This document shows, one piece after another, positions 46,653 through 56,812 of a stretch of DNA of 64,000 bases. Source of the DNA: Longimicrobiales bacterium. GTDB lineage: Bacteria > Gemmatimonadota > Gemmatimonadetes > Longimicrobiales > Gaopeijiaceae. How positions within the stretch are numbered: position 1 is the stretch's first letter; each line of letters starts with the position of its first letter. The stretch is from positions 1,376,001 to 1,440,000 of the forward strand of contig OZ242008.1 in NCBI GenBank assembly GCA_965204735.1. Direction: 5' to 3'. A model generated the notes under the pieces. That model was not told the DNA's origin and made no database searches. It saw only the letters and a program-made list of their open reading frames with translations. A program made the translations under genes and the position numbers.

Positions 46653-47992
46653 ACCGCGTGCCCGACGCCGACGGGACCACGAGGATGCCGCGCGTCCCGC
46701 CCGCCCGTTTTCCACTTCCGCGGGCGACCACCATCAACTTCTGGCTGTTCTGGGTGGTCGCTCTCCTGACCGTGGTCAGCCTGTCCGGCATCGAGAGATT
46801 TGTGGGCTTCAGCAGCCTGAACACCACAAGGTTCATCGCACTGGGTTGGATCGCGGTAGCCTTCACGGCCCGCGCGTCTCCGATGGGCTCCTTGGGCAAG
46901 CCGGGCGCACTGATCCTGGCGACGATCGCCCTGTACACCATCATTGGTACATCTGTATCGAGTTACAACGATGCCCACTTCGTCTTTGAGTGGAATCAGA
47001 AGTACAGATTGCTTGGCATGCTTGTCGTCGCAGCCACTGCCACAGGGGTTGTCGACGTTGCGTCGCGAATCGGCACGGATCGAGTGCTGCTGAGTGTTCT
47101 AGCGATCATGACAGTAGCCTGCCTGGGTATGCTGCTGAGCCCTTTAACGGTCTTTCTGGACTTGGACGTGCAACAGATGCTGGAGGGACGAATGCCAATG
47201 CGATCGGGTCGAGTTCGAGGCACGTTGATTGACGCGAATCACGGCGCCTTCGTCGCCTCTTTGACATTTGCGCTGGCTGGGACCATGATCATTTGGCGGG
47301 GCAGGTCCGCCTTGCCTCTCTTGGCGATATGCGTGGCCGTTGGCGCGTTGTTGCTTACCCTGTCGCGAACGGGCCTGGTCTTGTTGCTCGTGGTTATCGC
47401 AATGCTTCTCTACTTTGGACAGAGAGAACGAGGCGTTGCGGCTGTCGTGCCAAGCGCCCTGCTTGCCGCCGGCTTGATTGCCGGGGTCGTGTTGGTGATC
47501 AGCGCCGTGACTAGCTCGATGTGGCGGCCGTTGGCGGTGGGCCGCCTGACGACCTTTGAGACCGAGCGTTACTTGCTGTGGGGCCACGCTTGGTCTCTGA
47601 TCATTGAGTCTCCCTTGTTCGGACATGGGATCAACACGTTCCAAGAAATGGAAGGCGCGCCGCGCGTGTGCCGCTTGGCCGCGAGGGTTGCTTGCGGCGC
47701 CCACGTGCAGTTTCTGCTTTTTTGGGGGGAAGCGGGCGTGGCGCCGTTCTTGACGTTTGTGCTGTTCTTCGTCACAGCACTTGCGGCCTGCTGGCGGCCG
47801 CCCCGTTCCCTTCCTGCGACCGTTGCGTCTTGCTGGACGCTCTGTCTCGGCTTGTATTGCTTGACGGCCCACAACGTCTTCGTCCCTTCCAGCAACTACT
47901 TCATCGTCGGCGTCATCTGTGGCGTGCTTGCCTTGCACAAGAAGGCGAAGCAAGCCGCTAGCGACCTTTACCAGGACAAGCCCTTGGAGTGA
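46649..47992 (+). CDS. O-antigen ligase/polymerase-like (Wzy_C) membrane protein, low GC
   Basis: ~11-12 TM segments; R.RGT...AN, LLTLSRTG, R..LW..AW.LI.ESPLFGHG, AH..FL....E.G. Markedly more T-rich codon usage than its neighbours. Confidence 0.8.
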   Translation: MNRVPDADGTTRMPRVPPARFPLPRATTINFWLFWVVALLTVVSLSGIERFVGFSSLNTTRFIALGWIAVAFTARASPMGSLGKPGALILATIALYTIIGTSVSSYNDAHFVFEWNQKYRLLGMLVVAATATGVVDVASRIGTDRVLLSVLAIMTVACLGMLLSPLTVFLDLDVQQMLEGRMPMRSGRVRGTLIDANHGAFVASLTFALAGTMIIWRGRSALPLLAICVAVGALLLTLSRTGLVLLLVVIAMLLYFGQRERGVAAVVPSALLAAGLIAGVVLVISAVTSSMWRPLAVGRLTTFETERYLLWGHAWSLIIESPLFGHGINTFQEMEGAPRVCRLAARVACGAHVQFLLFWGEAGVAPFLTFVLFFVTALAACWRPPRSLPATVASCWTLCLGLYCLTAHNVFVPSSNYFIVGVICGVLALHKKAKQAASDLYQDKPLE

Positions 47993-50364
47993 GTCCTGCG
48001 CCGCCGGTCCTCCGGATCGCCGTGGGCTTCGCCGTCGGAGCGGCAGCGTCCACGGTCGTCGGACTTGGTCCGGCCGCCCTTCCTGTGCTGGCCACGGCGC
48101 TTCCCATCGCGCTATTGCGCGGTCTCAAGTCGCCGGCCCTTTCTCTGACGCTCTCCTTCACAGCCGGCGTTGGGTGGGCCGAGGCCGACGCCCGGACGCG
48201 TCAGCGTTGCGCCCCAGCCGTCGCCGACGGCGCACGGGCGGTCGTGGAGGGCTATTTCCTGCGGTCCAGCGCCGAAGGCGCGTCCACGCTGCATGTCGTG
48301 TCGGGCGTCGGGAGCCGATGCCGGGAGCCGACTCGGGTCTACTCTCGGACGGGCGCCCCCCCGGAGGGCGAACTTGTTGCAGTGGAGGGCCGGTGGCTCA
48401 CGACCCGGCGTGGAAACGGCGCCACGGCGGTGTACTTGAGCGCATCGTCGGTTCGCCGGGTCCAGGGCGGCGAAGTTCCGTGGCGGCATCGCTTCGCGGC
48501 CGCTGTTCGCAAGCGGGCGTCGGAAGCGCTCGAGGGGCGGCTCGGCGCCCAAGCCGGCGTGGCGGCGGCGCTGGTCCTGGCGGAGCGAGAAGGCATCCCG
48601 CAGGATCTGTGGAACGCCTTCGCCCGCTCGGGAAGCGCGCACCTCCTTTCGATCTCCGGCTTCCATGTGGGCGTCGTGGCGACGCTGCTGGGGTCCGTGC
48701 TCTCGGCAGCGGGCCGCCCGCCCAGGAGCCGGGCTCTTGGGACGGCGGCGGGGGTCTGGGCCTACGTGCTTCTGATCGGGGCGCCCACGTCGGCGACTCG
48801 GGCGGCGTGGATGGCCACTGCGTTCGTGCTGGGCAGGTTGCGCCGCACTCCCGCGCAAGCCCTGGGCGGCCTGGGCCTCTCGATGCTCATGATCGCCCTC
48901 TTGCGCCCCGCCGCGGCGTCCGGGGCCGGCTTCCAGCTCACCGTCACGGGGACTGCCGGCATACTCATCCTGTCCAAGTGGATCATGTCGGTCTGGCCCG
49001 CCCATCGGGGCCGCGGCTGGATTGCCCCGCCCATTGCGGCCGGCATCGGCGCTTCGGTCTTCACGGCGCCGGTGCTGGCGTACCACTTCGGGCAGGTTCC
49101 CCTTCTCTCCCTTCCGTCCTCGATCCTCCTCACGCCTCTTGTGGCCGCGGCCGTTCCCGGCGTGATCCTGACGATCCTGATGGACGTCTTGAACGTTCCT
49201 GGAGCCGCGGTCGCCGGGGCCGGATCGGAGGGGTTGCTCTACGCTGTCGTGACCGTGGCGTCGGCCCTTGGCGAGCTGCCGGGCACTACCTGGACAGCGA
49301 CGCCCCAGGAGGCCGCCCTCCTCACGATCGGCGGGCTGCTGCCCCTGGCGCTCCGGCGCGCCCCTTGGCGGGAGCGGCCCTGGGTCCGGTCCGCGGCCGT
49401 CGCGCTCTCGGCGTGGGCTGTCCTGTGGCTGGGCCAGGCGGCGCTCTCCCTGGGCGGTCGCGGCCGGGTCGAGATCGTGGCCATCGACGTAGGCCAGGGC
49501 GATGCAATCGCCGTCCGCACCCCCGCCGGACGGTGGGCGCTGGTGGACGCAGGACCTCGCTTCGGCGGCGCCGACGCCGGACTTTCCAGGGTGATTCCGT
49601 ACCTTCGAGCCAGGGGCGCCCGGCGACTCGAAGTGGTCGTCCTCTCCCACCCGGACGAGGACCACGCGGGCGGACTCGCTTCCGTGCTGGCCAACGTGCC
49701 TGTGGGCGCCGTGCTTGGCCCCGGATTCGGTGGCGGCCAAGCCGGCCACATGGCGGGGCTGAAGGAGGCGCGCCGAGCCGGCGTGCCGTGGCGCAGGGTC
49801 GCGGCGGGAGACGTGTGGCGGATAGACGGAGTTGCGTTCCACGTCTTGAGCCCCGCTCCGGAGGAGGCGGAGAGCGCCGCCGGCGAGCTTGCGCCGCCCG
49901 ACGGGGAACGCTCGCCGAACCGACGTCCGGGGGCCCAGCGGAAACGCCCGCCGAATCAGCGTCCCTTGCCCCAGCGGGAACGCACGCCCAACGACTGGTC
50001 CGTGGTGCTGCGCGTAAGCTGGGGCGACTTCGACGCCCTGCTCATGGGCGACGCCGACGACCGCATCGAGGCCGTCCTCTTGAACGATCCCGCCCTTCTC
50101 GGAGCGGGAGCGGTGGAGGTCTTGAAGGTGGGCCATCACGGGAGCGCCACGTCCACTTCCGACGAGTTCGTGGCCGCCATTTCCCCCCGGCACGCCTTGG
50201 TGTCCGCCGGCGCCCGCAACCGGTACGGGCACCCCGACCCGACGGTCCTTGCCCGCCTGGAGCGTTCTGGCGCGCGCATCCTGCGGACCGACCGCCAGGG
50301 CACGGTGTCGGTGGTCGGTCGGGCCGACGGCTCGTCGCGGGTCGGGGCCGGGCGAAGACCGTGA
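47989..50364 (+). CDS. comEC: DNA internalization competence protein ComEC/Rec2
   Basis: SG.AHLL.ISGFHVG, S..RA..M, GFQL; metallo-beta-lactamase domain IDVGQGD, SHPDEDH.GG, GD, KVGHHGS, N.YGHP, RTD..G. Confidence 0.93.
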   Translation: MSPAPPVLRIAVGFAVGAAASTVVGLGPAALPVLATALPIALLRGLKSPALSLTLSFTAGVGWAEADARTRQRCAPAVADGARAVVEGYFLRSSAEGASTLHVVSGVGSRCREPTRVYSRTGAPPEGELVAVEGRWLTTRRGNGATAVYLSASSVRRVQGGEVPWRHRFAAAVRKRASEALEGRLGAQAGVAAALVLAEREGIPQDLWNAFARSGSAHLLSISGFHVGVVATLLGSVLSAAGRPPRSRALGTAAGVWAYVLLIGAPTSATRAAWMATAFVLGRLRRTPAQALGGLGLSMLMIALLRPAAASGAGFQLTVTGTAGILILSKWIMSVWPAHRGRGWIAPPIAAGIGASVFTAPVLAYHFGQVPLLSLPSSILLTPLVAAAVPGVILTILMDVLNVPGAAVAGAGSEGLLYAVVTVASALGELPGTTWTATPQEAALLTIGGLLPLALRRAPWRERPWVRSAAVALSAWAVLWLGQAALSLGGRGRVEIVAIDVGQGDAIAVRTPAGRWALVDAGPRFGGADAGLSRVIPYLRARGARRLEVVVLSHPDEDHAGGLASVLANVPVGAVLGPGFGGGQAGHMAGLKEARRAGVPWRRVAAGDVWRIDGVAFHVLSPAPEEAESAAGELAPPDGERSPNRRPGAQRKRPPNQRPLPQRERTPNDWSVVLRVSWGDFDALLMGDADDRIEAVLLNDPALLGAGAVEVLKVGHHGSATSTSDEFVAAISPRHALVSAGARNRYGHPDPTVLARLERSGARILRTDRQGTVSVVGRADGSSRVGAGRRP

Positions 50365-50412
50365 CGGGCGACGACCGGCCCGCGCCGCCCCTCGCTCCGG
50401 GGCGGATCGTCG

Positions 50413-51786
50413 CTACTCGGCCTCCAGGTCCACCAGGGGCGCCGAGTACTCCCCCGAGAAGCAGGCGCTGCAGAACGGACCGCCCTCCGCCACGGCTTCC
50501 AGCATTCCGTCCAGCGACAGGTACCCCAGCGAATCCACCTTCAAGTCGTCGGCGATCTCGGGCACCGTGAGACGGGAGCCCACCAGCTCCTCCTTCGAGG
50601 GCATGTCGATCCCGTAGAAGCAGGGGAAGCGCACGGGGGGGCTGCCGATCCGCAAGTGCACCTCGGCCGCGCCCGCGCCTCGGATGAACTTGACCAGGCT
50701 GCGGGAAGTCGTGCCCCGCACCAGCGAGTCGTCCACCACCACGATCCGCTTCCCCGCCAGCACCTGCCGCACCGGGTTGTACTTGATCCGGGCGCCGAAG
50801 TCCCGATCCGCCTGGGACGGCCGGATGAAGGTGCGGCCCACGTAATGGTTCCGCAGGAGCCCGAGCTCGTAGGGAATTCCGCTCTGCTCGCTGTAGCCCA
50901 GGGCCGCCGAGTTGGCGCTGTCGGGAACGGCGATCACGCAGTCGGCCTCTGCCGGATGCTCCGTCGCCAGCTGCCGCCCGAAGGCCCGCCGAGCGCGGTC
51001 CACGCTCATGCTCCAAAGGTTGGAGTCGGGACGCGCGAAGTACACGAGCTCGAACACGCACGGGGCCGCCGCCTTCCGGTGCAGGCCTGGAAGCTGCTCC
51101 ACGCGGCCGTTCCTGAAGCGCAGGAGCTCGCCGGGCTCCACGTCCCGCGCGAACTCGGCGCCCATGATGTCCAGAGCGCATGTCTCGCTGGCGACCACGT
51201 GGCCTCCGCCGGGCAGCGTCCCCGTCACCAGCGGACGAAACCCGCGCGGATCCCGGACGGCGTACATGTCGTCGCCCACCGTCACGACCAGCGAGTACGC
51301 GCCTTCCAGGAAGTTGAGGGCGTCCCTCAGCTGGGCTTCGACGGACGGATGGCGCGAGCGCGCGATGAGATGCACGACCACTTCCGAGTCGGAGGAGCTT
51401 TGGAAGATCGCCCCGTCGGCCACGAGCCGCCGCTTGAGGAAGCGCGCGTTGGTGAGGTTGCCGTTGTGGACGATCGCCAGGTCGCCTTCCGAGTACCGCA
51501 CCACGATCGGCTGGGCGTTCGCCCGCCGCCCGCTTCCCGCCGTGGAGTAGCGCACGTGGCCCACCGCCGTGGGTCCGGCCAGAGACGCGATCCGGTCGGC
51601 GTCGAAGACGTCGGAGACCAGTCCAAGCTCCTTGTGCAGGCGGGCCCGCCCGTTCTGCACGGCGCATATCCCTGCGGCCTCCTGCCCCCGGTGCTGGAGC
51701 GCGTAGAGCCCGAGAAAAACCAGTTCGGCGGCGTTTTCGGCGCCGCTGACGCCGACGATCCCGCACTCCTCCCTTGGGCCGCTCAC
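50413..51786 (-). CDS. purF: Amidophosphoribosyltransferase
   Basis: Propeptide plus REECG, LQHRGQE, GHVRYST.G, HNGN, C.FE.VYF.RPDS, VPDS, VDDS.VRGTT, C.YGID, C.ACF.G.Y. Confidence 0.96.
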   Translation of the reverse strand: MSGPREECGIVGVSGAENAAELVFLGLYALQHRGQEAAGICAVQNGRARLHKELGLVSDVFDADRIASLAGPTAVGHVRYSTAGSGRRANAQPIVVRYSEGDLAIVHNGNLTNARFLKRRLVADGAIFQSSSDSEVVVHLIARSRHPSVEAQLRDALNFLEGAYSLVVTVGDDMYAVRDPRGFRPLVTGTLPGGGHVVASETCALDIMGAEFARDVEPGELLRFRNGRVEQLPGLHRKAAAPCVFELVYFARPDSNLWSMSVDRARRAFGRQLATEHPAEADCVIAVPDSANSAALGYSEQSGIPYELGLLRNHYVGRTFIRPSQADRDFGARIKYNPVRQVLAGKRIVVVDDSLVRGTTSRSLVKFIRGAGAAEVHLRIGSPPVRFPCFYGIDMPSKEELVGSRLTVPEIADDLKVDSLGYLSLDGMLEAVAEGGPFCSACFSGEYSAPLVDLEAE

Positions 51787-54206
51787 GGGGCCGACCCGTC
51801 GCGCGGCTGCCCGTCCATGATGCTCGGCAAGCAGCCGAGCCAGCGGTCGCCGAGGGCCGCCAGCGAAAGGCGGAGGAGCGAAGAGGGGGTCGAGACTTCG
51901 AGGGCTGCTCCCTTGTCGCCCACCACCCCGATTCGGCGAGCCGGCACGCCGTGTTCGGCGGCGATGGAGAGCACGGCGTCGGCGTTCCCGGGTCGGCAGC
52001 TGGCCACGACCCGGCCGTGGTCCTCGCCGAAGAGGAGGGCCGTGTCGGTCAGCTCGTCGTCGAAGCGCACCGCCGCGCCCAGGCCCGGCCCGCGCCTGGG
52101 ACGCCCCAGGCAGCACTCGGCCAAGGCGGCGGCCAAGCCTCCGCACGAAACGTCGTGGGCCGACGCCAGCAGCCTGCGCCGGGCCAGCGCCAGCAGGCAG
52201 CGCTGCAAGGCCCGCTCCACCTCCAGCTCCACGGCGGGAGGCTCGCCGGCGGTCACGCCGTGCACCCAGTAGAGGTACTCGGAACCGCCCAGCTCGCCCC
52301 GATTGGTTCCCAGCTGCACCACCGCGTCCCCCGGGCGTCGGAAGGCGTGGCCCACCAGTGCCGAAAGGTCTTCGACCACGCCGACCATTCCGATCACGGG
52401 AGTCGGGTGCACGGCCTTGCCCTCCGTCTCGTTGTAGAACGACACGTTGCCGCCCGTGACCGGCGTCCCGAAGAAGGCGCAGGCGTCGCGCACGCCCAGG
52501 ACGGCTTCCCGGAACTGATGGCGGATGCCGGGCTTCAGGGGGCTGCCGAAGTTGAGGTTGTTGGTCACCGCCAGGGGAACCGCGCCCGCGCACGCCAAGT
52601 TGCGGGCGGCCTCGGCCACGGCCCCCATCGCGCCGGAGCGGGGGTTGAGCCGCGTGTGGCGGCCGTTGCAGTCGGTCGTGGCAGCCACGCCTCGGTTGGT
52701 GCCCGGAATGCGGACGACCCCCGCGTCGCCTCCGGGACGGGCCGCCGTGGCTCCCCGCACCGTCGTGTCGTACTGCTCGTACACCCACTGCTTCGACGCC
52801 ACGTTGGGCGCCCCCACGACCGAAAGGAACGCATCCTCCAGGGCTCGCTCCCGCTCGGAGCTTCGGTCCACGGCCGCGCCGCCTTCGGGCGGGTCGCCGC
52901 CCTCGCTTTCGTCGGCCCCGGAAAGAGCGCCCGGCGGCTCCGTCCAGCGGGACAAGTCCATCGCCCGACGCGCCTTCGCTTCGGGCGACTCCTCGCCGGG
53001 CCGCTCGTAGGTGGGGCACTCCTCCGTCAGCGGCCGGGCGGGAATCTCCGCCACCACCACCCCGTCCTCCAGCACCGTGAACGCGCCCGTGTCCGTCACC
53101 CGTCCCACGACTGCGGCCTCCAGCTCCCACTTCGCCAGGATCGCCCTGACGGTGTTCTCCCGGCCCGCCCGGGCCACCACCAGCATCCGCTCCTGGGATT
53201 CGGAAAGGAGGATCTCGTAGGGAGTCATCCCCGGCTCCCGAACGGGCACCCGCGACACGTCGATCTCGACGCCCGTCCCCGACCGGCCCGCCATCTCGGC
53301 CCCGCTGGAGACCAGCCCGGCGGCCCCCATGTCCTGGATGCCCACGATCGCCCCGCTGCCGATCAGCTCCAGCGACGCCTCCAGCAGCAGCTTCTCGGTG
53401 AAGGGGTCGCCGACCTGCACTTGGGGGCGGCTCGACTCGCTCTCCGCCGACAGCTCGTCGGACGCGAAGGTGGCGCCGTGAATGCCGTCGCGGCCGGTTC
53501 GCGCGCCCACGGCCATGATGGGGTTGCCGACGCCCTCCGCCGTGCCCCGGATCAGGTCGTCCGTGCGCATGAGCCCCAGGCACATGGCGTTGACCAGCGG
53601 GTTGCCCTCGTAGCCCCGGTCGAACCACGCCTCGCCGCCTATGCTGGGGATGCCCACGCAGTTGCCGTAGTCGCCCACGCCCTTGACCACCCCGGCGAAG
53701 AGGTAGCGGACCCGAGGGCTGTCCAGGTCGCCGAAGCGCAGGGAGTTGAGCGTGGCCACCGGCCGGGCGCCCATGGTGAAGACGTCTCGGAGGATGCCTC
53801 CGACGCCCGTTGCCGCTCCCTGGTACGGCTCCACTGCCGAGGGGTGGTTGTGGGACTCGATCTTGAACGCCAGCGCCCATCCGTCGCCCACGTCCACCAC
53901 GCCCGCGTTCTCGCCCGGTCCCTGGATCACCCACGGCGCTTCCGTCGGCAGAAGGCGAAGGAGCGGCTTCGAATTCTTGTAGCCGCAGTGCTCCGACCAC
54001 ATGGCGGAGAACACTCCCAGCTCGGTGAACGTCGGCGTCCGCCCCAGAATGCCCAGCGCGTGCTCGTACTCCTCGGGCGAGAGGCCGTGCTCCTCGACGA
54101 GCGCGGCGGTGATCGGAGGGTCGCCGGGGCGGGGGAGGGGCGGCGAGGGGGTCGTCGAATCCGGGGCGGGCGCTCTCGCCGCCGCCCTGGTCGAGACCTG
54201 CGTCAT
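51783..54206 (-). CDS. purL: Phosphoribosylformylglycinamidine synthase subunit PurL
   Basis: [56 protein letters not shown]. Confidence 0.96.
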   Translation of the reverse strand: MTQVSTRAAARAPAPDSTTPSPPLPRPGDPPITAALVEEHGLSPEEYEHALGILGRTPTFTELGVFSAMWSEHCGYKNSKPLLRLLPTEAPWVIQGPGENAGVVDVGDGWALAFKIESHNHPSAVEPYQGAATGVGGILRDVFTMGARPVATLNSLRFGDLDSPRVRYLFAGVVKGVGDYGNCVGIPSIGGEAWFDRGYEGNPLVNAMCLGLMRTDDLIRGTAEGVGNPIMAVGARTGRDGIHGATFASDELSAESESSRPQVQVGDPFTEKLLLEASLELIGSGAIVGIQDMGAAGLVSSGAEMAGRSGTGVEIDVSRVPVREPGMTPYEILLSESQERMLVVARAGRENTVRAILAKWELEAAVVGRVTDTGAFTVLEDGVVVAEIPARPLTEECPTYERPGEESPEAKARRAMDLSRWTEPPGALSGADESEGGDPPEGGAAVDRSSERERALEDAFLSVVGAPNVASKQWVYEQYDTTVRGATAARPGGDAGVVRIPGTNRGVAATTDCNGRHTRLNPRSGAMGAVAEAARNLACAGAVPLAVTNNLNFGSPLKPGIRHQFREAVLGVRDACAFFGTPVTGGNVSFYNETEGKAVHPTPVIGMVGVVEDLSALVGHAFRRPGDAVVQLGTNRGELGGSEYLYWVHGVTAGEPPAVELEVERALQRCLLALARRRLLASAHDVSCGGLAAALAECCLGRPRRGPGLGAAVRFDDELTDTALLFGEDHGRVVASCRPGNADAVLSIAAEHGVPARRIGVVGDKGAALEVSTPSSLLRLSLAALGDRWLGCLPSIMDGQPRDGSAP

Positions 54207-54994
54207 GGGGACGCGGCGCCGGAGGCCGCGGTCGCTCCCGGCGCCGAAGCCGTCCCCGAAGCCGAGGCCTTCCCGGAGCCCGGGGCCGCCCCGTTCGCCC
54301 GGGGCCTCCCGGCGGGTCCCTTCGTCAGCGACTCGAAGAACGACAGCCCGTCGGCGGAGCCCAGGATCTCTTCCAAGGCCCGGTCCGGGTGGGGCATCAT
54401 TCCCAGGACGTTGCCCCGGGCGTTCACGATTCCGGCCACGTGGTTCAGGGAGCCGTTGGGGTTGACTTCGGCCGAGGCGTCGCCGTTGCGGTCGCAGTAG
54501 CGGAACGCGACGCAGCCTTCCGCCTCCAGCGCCTGGAGGACGGCCGGCTCGGCGCAGTAGGCGCCGTCGGCGTGGGAGAGGGGCATTCGGAGCACTTGGC
54601 CGGGTCGGTACGCCCTGGTGAAAGGCGTGTCGCAGCGCTCGACCCGCAGAAAGCAGTCGTGGGACTGGAAGCGGAGCGACCGGTTGCGCAGGAGAGCGCC
54701 GGGCAGCAGGCCCGCCTCGCACAGCACCTGGAAGCCGTTGCAGATCCCCGCCACGACTCCGCCGTCGGCCGCGAAGGCGGCCACCGCATCCATGATCGGG
54801 CTGAAGCGGGCGATCGCGCCGGGCCGCAAGTAGTCCCCGTGGGCGAACCCGCCGGGCAAGATCACCGCGTCGGCGTTCCCCAGGCTGCGCTCCCGGTGCC
54901 AGACGTAGCGGGGCTCGGCGCCGGCCAGCTCGACGGCGCGGAAGCAGTCCTGGTCGCAGTTGGATCCCGGAAAGGTGACGACGGCGACGTTCAC
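54203..54994 (-). CDS. purQ: Phosphoribosylformylglycinamidine synthase subunit PurQ
   Basis: [39 protein letters not shown]-terminal low-complexity extension. Confidence 0.95.
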   Translation of the reverse strand: MNVAVVTFPGSNCDQDCFRAVELAGAEPRYVWHRERSLGNADAVILPGGFAHGDYLRPGAIARFSPIMDAVAAFAADGGVVAGICNGFQVLCEAGLLPGALLRNRSLRFQSHDCFLRVERCDTPFTRAYRPGQVLRMPLSHADGAYCAEPAVLQALEAEGCVAFRYCDRNGDASAEVNPNGSLNHVAGIVNARGNVLGMMPHPDRALEEILGSADGLSFFESLTKGPAGRPRANGAAPGSGKASASGTASAPGATAASGAASP

Positions 54995-55263
54995 GGCGGC
55001 GGCTCTTCGACGGGCACGCTGGCGGTCACGCGGAACTCCTCGGTGACCGGGTTGGCCAAGAGCTTGCGGCACATCTGCCGCGCGCTCTCGGCCGCGGCCT
55101 CGGCGGATCCCGCGTCCACGTCCAGGTGGATCGCCTTGCCCACCCGCACGTCCTTCACCGAGTCCCATCCCAGCGAAGCGAGGGCGTGATGGACGGCCTT
55201 GCCTTGGGGGTCCAGCAGCCCCCGACGGGGAACAACCAGCACCTGGACGCTGAATCGGCTCAG
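54991..55263 (-). CDS. purS: Phosphoribosylformylglycinamidine synthase subunit PurS (probable CTG start)
   Basis: (M)[46 protein letters not shown] 8 nt upstream of the CTG. Confidence 0.88.
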   Translation of the reverse strand: MSRFSVQVLVVPRRGLLDPQGKAVHHALASLGWDSVKDVRVGKAIHLDVDAGSAEAAAESARQMCRKLLANPVTEEFRVTASVPVEEPPP

Positions 55264-56138
55264 GGGATGCGCTCCTTCCAGGCGCGGACCCTCGGGGAAA
55301 GATCGTCGTAGTCCACTTCCCGGGGCTCCAGGTCGTCGTCGTGGTCGTCGTCGAGCAAGGGGTCCCGCTCCGGCAAGCGTTCCAAGAGGCCCATGAAGAC
55401 CGACCTGCACAACCCCCAGGCGGTGTAGGCGATCAGGGACGGGAAGAACCAGTGGCGTGGAAAGATGACGGCCAGAGCCGCGCCCGCCGCCATCAGGGCG
55501 GTGACCGCCAGCCCCCTGCGGCTCCGCAAGGCGATGCGCGGCACCTTGGCGTAGGGGACGTGGCTCAGCATGAGGACCGACGACAGCACCATGATGATGA
55601 CCATGATCCGGGGCCAGGGCAGCGCGCCCAGATGCTGCTGGAAGAAGGCCGTCTCCGAGAACGGGTAGTGGGTCGCCAGGATCATCGCGGCGGTGGGCGA
55701 CGGGAGACCGTGGAAGTGCCGCTTCGCCTCGCCCCCCTGCTCCATGTTGAAGCGCGCCAGCCGGACCACTACGGCGGTCACGTAGGCGAAGCCGACGACC
55801 CAGCCCCAGTCCGACTCCTGAAAGTACAGGGTGACCATGATCAGGGCTGGTGCGACGCCGAACGACACCGCGTCCACCAGCGAGTCCAGCTCGGCGCCGA
55901 ACGCCGACCCTGTGCGGGTGAAGCGCGCGACCCTTCCGTCCAAGAGGTCGAGCACCGCCGCGAACACGATGAACCACCCGGCCCATGCGAAGTCGCCCCG
56001 GGTTGCCGCCACCATGGCGTAGACGCCGAAGAAGAGGTTGCCCAGCGTGAACGCCGACGGCAGGATGATCACGCCTCTTTGAAGGGTCTGGCGCGAGCGG
56101 CGGGGCACGCTCCGGAGGCGGCGGGCGGCGGGCTTCAT
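55260..56138 (-). CDS. pssA: CDP-diacylglycerol--serine O-phosphatidyltransferase
   Basis: LPS.FT.GN, D.LDGRVAR...S.FG.ELDSL.D.VSFGVAPA, RLARFN, F.GLPSP. Confidence 0.92.
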   Translation of the reverse strand: MKPAARRLRSVPRRSRQTLQRGVIILPSAFTLGNLFFGVYAMVAATRGDFAWAGWFIVFAAVLDLLDGRVARFTRTGSAFGAELDSLVDAVSFGVAPALIMVTLYFQESDWGWVVGFAYVTAVVVRLARFNMEQGGEAKRHFHGLPSPTAAMILATHYPFSETAFFQQHLGALPWPRIMVIIMVLSSVLMLSHVPYAKVPRIALRSRRGLAVTALMAAGAALAVIFPRHWFFPSLIAYTAWGLCRSVFMGLLERLPERDPLLDDDHDDDLEPREVDYDDLSPRVRAWKERIP

Positions 56139-56812
56139 CGCGCGTTCGGAGGCATGCGGGCGACGGGAGACTCGCCGCCCCGCACCATGTCGCCCGGCGC
56201 CACCGCGACGGGCCACTCCGCCGGCACGAAGAGGTCCACCCTCGAGCCGAAGCGGATCAGACCGATCCGGTCGCCCTTGGAGAGCATGTCTCCCTCACGG
56301 GGATACGTGGCGATCCTGCGGGCGGCGAGCCCGGCGATCTGGCGAACGAGAACCGGTCCCCCCGGCGTCGCGATCCCCAGCGAGGCCCGTTCGTTCTCGG
56401 CGCCGGCCTCGGGCCGCCAGGCGGCCAGGAAGCGTCCGGCCCGGTAGCCGTACTCGACCACGGCGCCCTGGACGGGCGCGCGCTGGACGTGGACGTCGAA
56501 GATGCTCAGGAAGATCGCGATTCGCGTCGCGGCGCCTCCCATGAACGGTTCGTCCGTCACTGCGGTCACGCTCATGACCTTGCCGTCGGCCGGCGCCGTC
56601 ACCACCTCTTCGGCAGAGGGGGCGCGGCGCCGGGGGTCCCGGAAGAACCAGGCGCTGAAGACGGCGGCGCTTCCGGCGACCGCCGCCGCGACCGCCGCCC
56701 CCGTCGGGCGCCCGTCCGGGCCGGCGACCAACGCCCAAGCCAGCGCGGCCCCTGCGGCGAGCGCGCACGGCACGACGAACGGCCAGCCTTCCTTGGCCAA
56801 GGGCGACCTCAT
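56135..56812 (-). CDS. psd: Phosphatidylserine decarboxylase proenzyme (short type)
   Basis: WFFRDP.R, APADGKV, IFLS.FDVHV.R.P, QIAG..ARRI, G.IRFGSRVD (self-cleavage site). Confidence 0.92.
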   Translation of the reverse strand: MRSPLAKEGWPFVVPCALAAGAALAWALVAGPDGRPTGAAVAAAVAGSAAVFSAWFFRDPRRRAPSAEEVVTAPADGKVMSVTAVTDEPFMGGAATRIAIFLSIFDVHVQRAPVQGAVVEYGYRAGRFLAAWRPEAGAENERASLGIATPGGPVLVRQIAGLAARRIATYPREGDMLSKGDRIGLIRFGSRVDLFVPAEWPVAVAPGDMVRGGESPVARMPPNAR

